Part shown: piece by piece, positions 62,620-64,000 of the stretch
Layout of the letters: each line of letters begins with the position of its first letter
Position numbering within the stretch: the stretch's first letter is position 1
DNA from: Chiloscyllium plagiosum
Lineage: Eukaryota
DNA: 64,000 bases
Reading direction: 5' to 3'
NCBI RefSeq assembly: GCF_004010195.1
Contig: NC_057750.1
Coordinates: 15,601,821 to 15,665,820 of the forward strand
Notes under the pieces: model-generated
The model's database searches: none
Seen by the model: the letters and a program-made list of their open reading frames with translations, nothing else
What the model was told of the DNA's origin: nothing
Position numbers and translations under genes: made by a program

Positions 62620-63890
62620 ATGTCTCTGCTGACTACATCTGCGGGAAGTGCACCCAATTCCAGCTCCTCGAAAACCGAGTTAGGGAACTGGAGTGGAGCT
62701 GGATGAACAATGAATCATCCGGGAGGCTGAGGGGGAAATTGAGAGGACGTACAGGGAGGTGGTCACTCCCCAGACACAGGATAAGGACAGCTGGATTACA
62801 GTCAGGGGGAGAAAAGGGAACTGACAGTCAGAGCAGGGATCCCTTGTGGTCATTTCCCTCAGCAATAAGTATACCGTTTTGGATACTGCTGGTGGGGACA
62901 GCCTACCAGGGGAAAGCCATAGTTGTCAGGTCTCTGGCACTGTAGCTCAGAAGGGAAGGGGGGAGAATAGAAAAGCGCTAGTGGTATGGGGACTCAATAG
63001 TTAGATGGATAGACAGGAGATTTTGTGGTCAGGAACAGGACTCACGGAAGGAATGTTGCCTCCCCGGTGCCAGGGTCCAGGATGTTGCCGATCGGGTTTA
63101 CAGGATTCTGAAGGGGGAGGGTGAGCAGCCAGAAATCGTTGTACATATTGGCACCAATGATATAGCCAGGAAAGGGATTGAGGATCTGAAAAGTGATGAC
63201 AGAGAGTTAGGTTGGAAGCTGAAGTGCAGGATGAGTAGAGTAGTGATCTCAGGTTTGCTACCAGTGCCATGAGATAATGAGGTGAGGAACAGTCAGCAAA
63301 TGCAGCTTAACAAGTGGCTGCGAGGCTGGTGCAGGAGAGAGGGCTTCAGATACCTAGACTATTGGATATCTTCTGGGGAAGGTGGGACCTGTACATGAAG
63401 GACGGTTTGCACCTGAACTGGAGGGGCACAAATGTCCTGGGTGGGAGATTTGCTTGTGTGATTTGGGAAGGTTTAAACTAGTTTGGCAGGGGGATGGGAA
63501 TCAGAGCACCATAGCTGAGAGGGGGACAGTTGCAGATGGGGCAGTGACAGGATGTAGTGAATCTATCGGGAAGGTTTCTCACGCAGTGAAACAAAGGTAT
63601 TGGTTAAAGTGTGCCTGCTTTAATGCAAGGACTGTCAGAAATAAGAGTGACGGACTTAGAGCATGGATCTGTACTTGGGGCTACGATGTTGTGGCCATAT
63701 CGGAGATGTGGGTTTCACAGGGGCAGGAATGGTTGCTAGATGTCCCTGGGTTTAGAACGTTTCAAAAGAACAGGGAGGGTGGAAAAAGAGGAGGGGGTAT
63801 AGCATTGCTAATCAGAGAGTGCATCACAGCTACAGAAACGAAGGTTGTTGAGTAAGATTTGTCTACTGAGTCAGTAAGGGTGGAAGTTAG
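62620..63890 (+). mobile_element. CR1 LINE 5' region: ORF1 (Cys motif + SGNH/GDSL esterase) and start of the AP endonuclease; inactivated
   Basis: DYICGKCTQFQLLENRVRELE; GDSIVR, CLPGARVQDV, VVHIGTNDI, KDGLHLN; FNARTVRNK...YDVVAISEMW...RGGGIALLI. Confidence 0.88.
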
Positions 63891-63891
63891 G

Positions 63892-64000
63892 ATCTATCGC
63901 TGCAGCCGGTGTGGCCTCCTCTATATTGGGGAGACAGGCCGCTGCAGCCGGTGTGGCCTCCTCTATATTGGGGAGACAGGCCGCCTACTTGCGGAGCGAT
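63892..64000 (+). mobile_element. Penelope GIY-YIG fragment with an exact 42-bp tandem duplication; runs off the window
   Basis: RCSRCGLLYIGETG twice (63898-63939 and 63940-63981), then RLLAER. Confidence 0.8.

Overview
This is eukaryotic, repeat-dense vertebrate DNA, not a prokaryotic locus. The HE1-type V-SINEs, abundant CR1 LINEs and Penelope-like ends point to a cartilaginous fish, probably a shark (inferred from repeat families). Most of the window is decayed retroelements (CR1, a second CR1/L2-group LINE, one L1, Penelope-like elements (PLEs), Rex1-type tails, tRNA-derived SINEs), several minisatellites and two N gaps. No host gene can be named. The best gene candidate is an unidentified minus-strand pair of in-phase exons (13337-13118 and 12935-12768), possibly with upstream exons near 20.4 and 23.9 kb and a promoter-like cluster near 57.4-57.5 kb. 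The most interesting signal is a set of short, mostly foldback, non-coding PLE-derived insertions with 12-15 bp target-site duplications (TSDs). They carry whole or partial minimal hammerhead-ribozyme cores (CUGANGA-A-stem II-GAAA-palindromic stem III), and stem II covaries across at least four families. A 2.5 kb array of a conserved 27-bp unit with variable CA spacers looks CRISPR-like but is a compound minisatellite. Family names come from recognition, not database searches, and boundaries of decayed elements are approximate.
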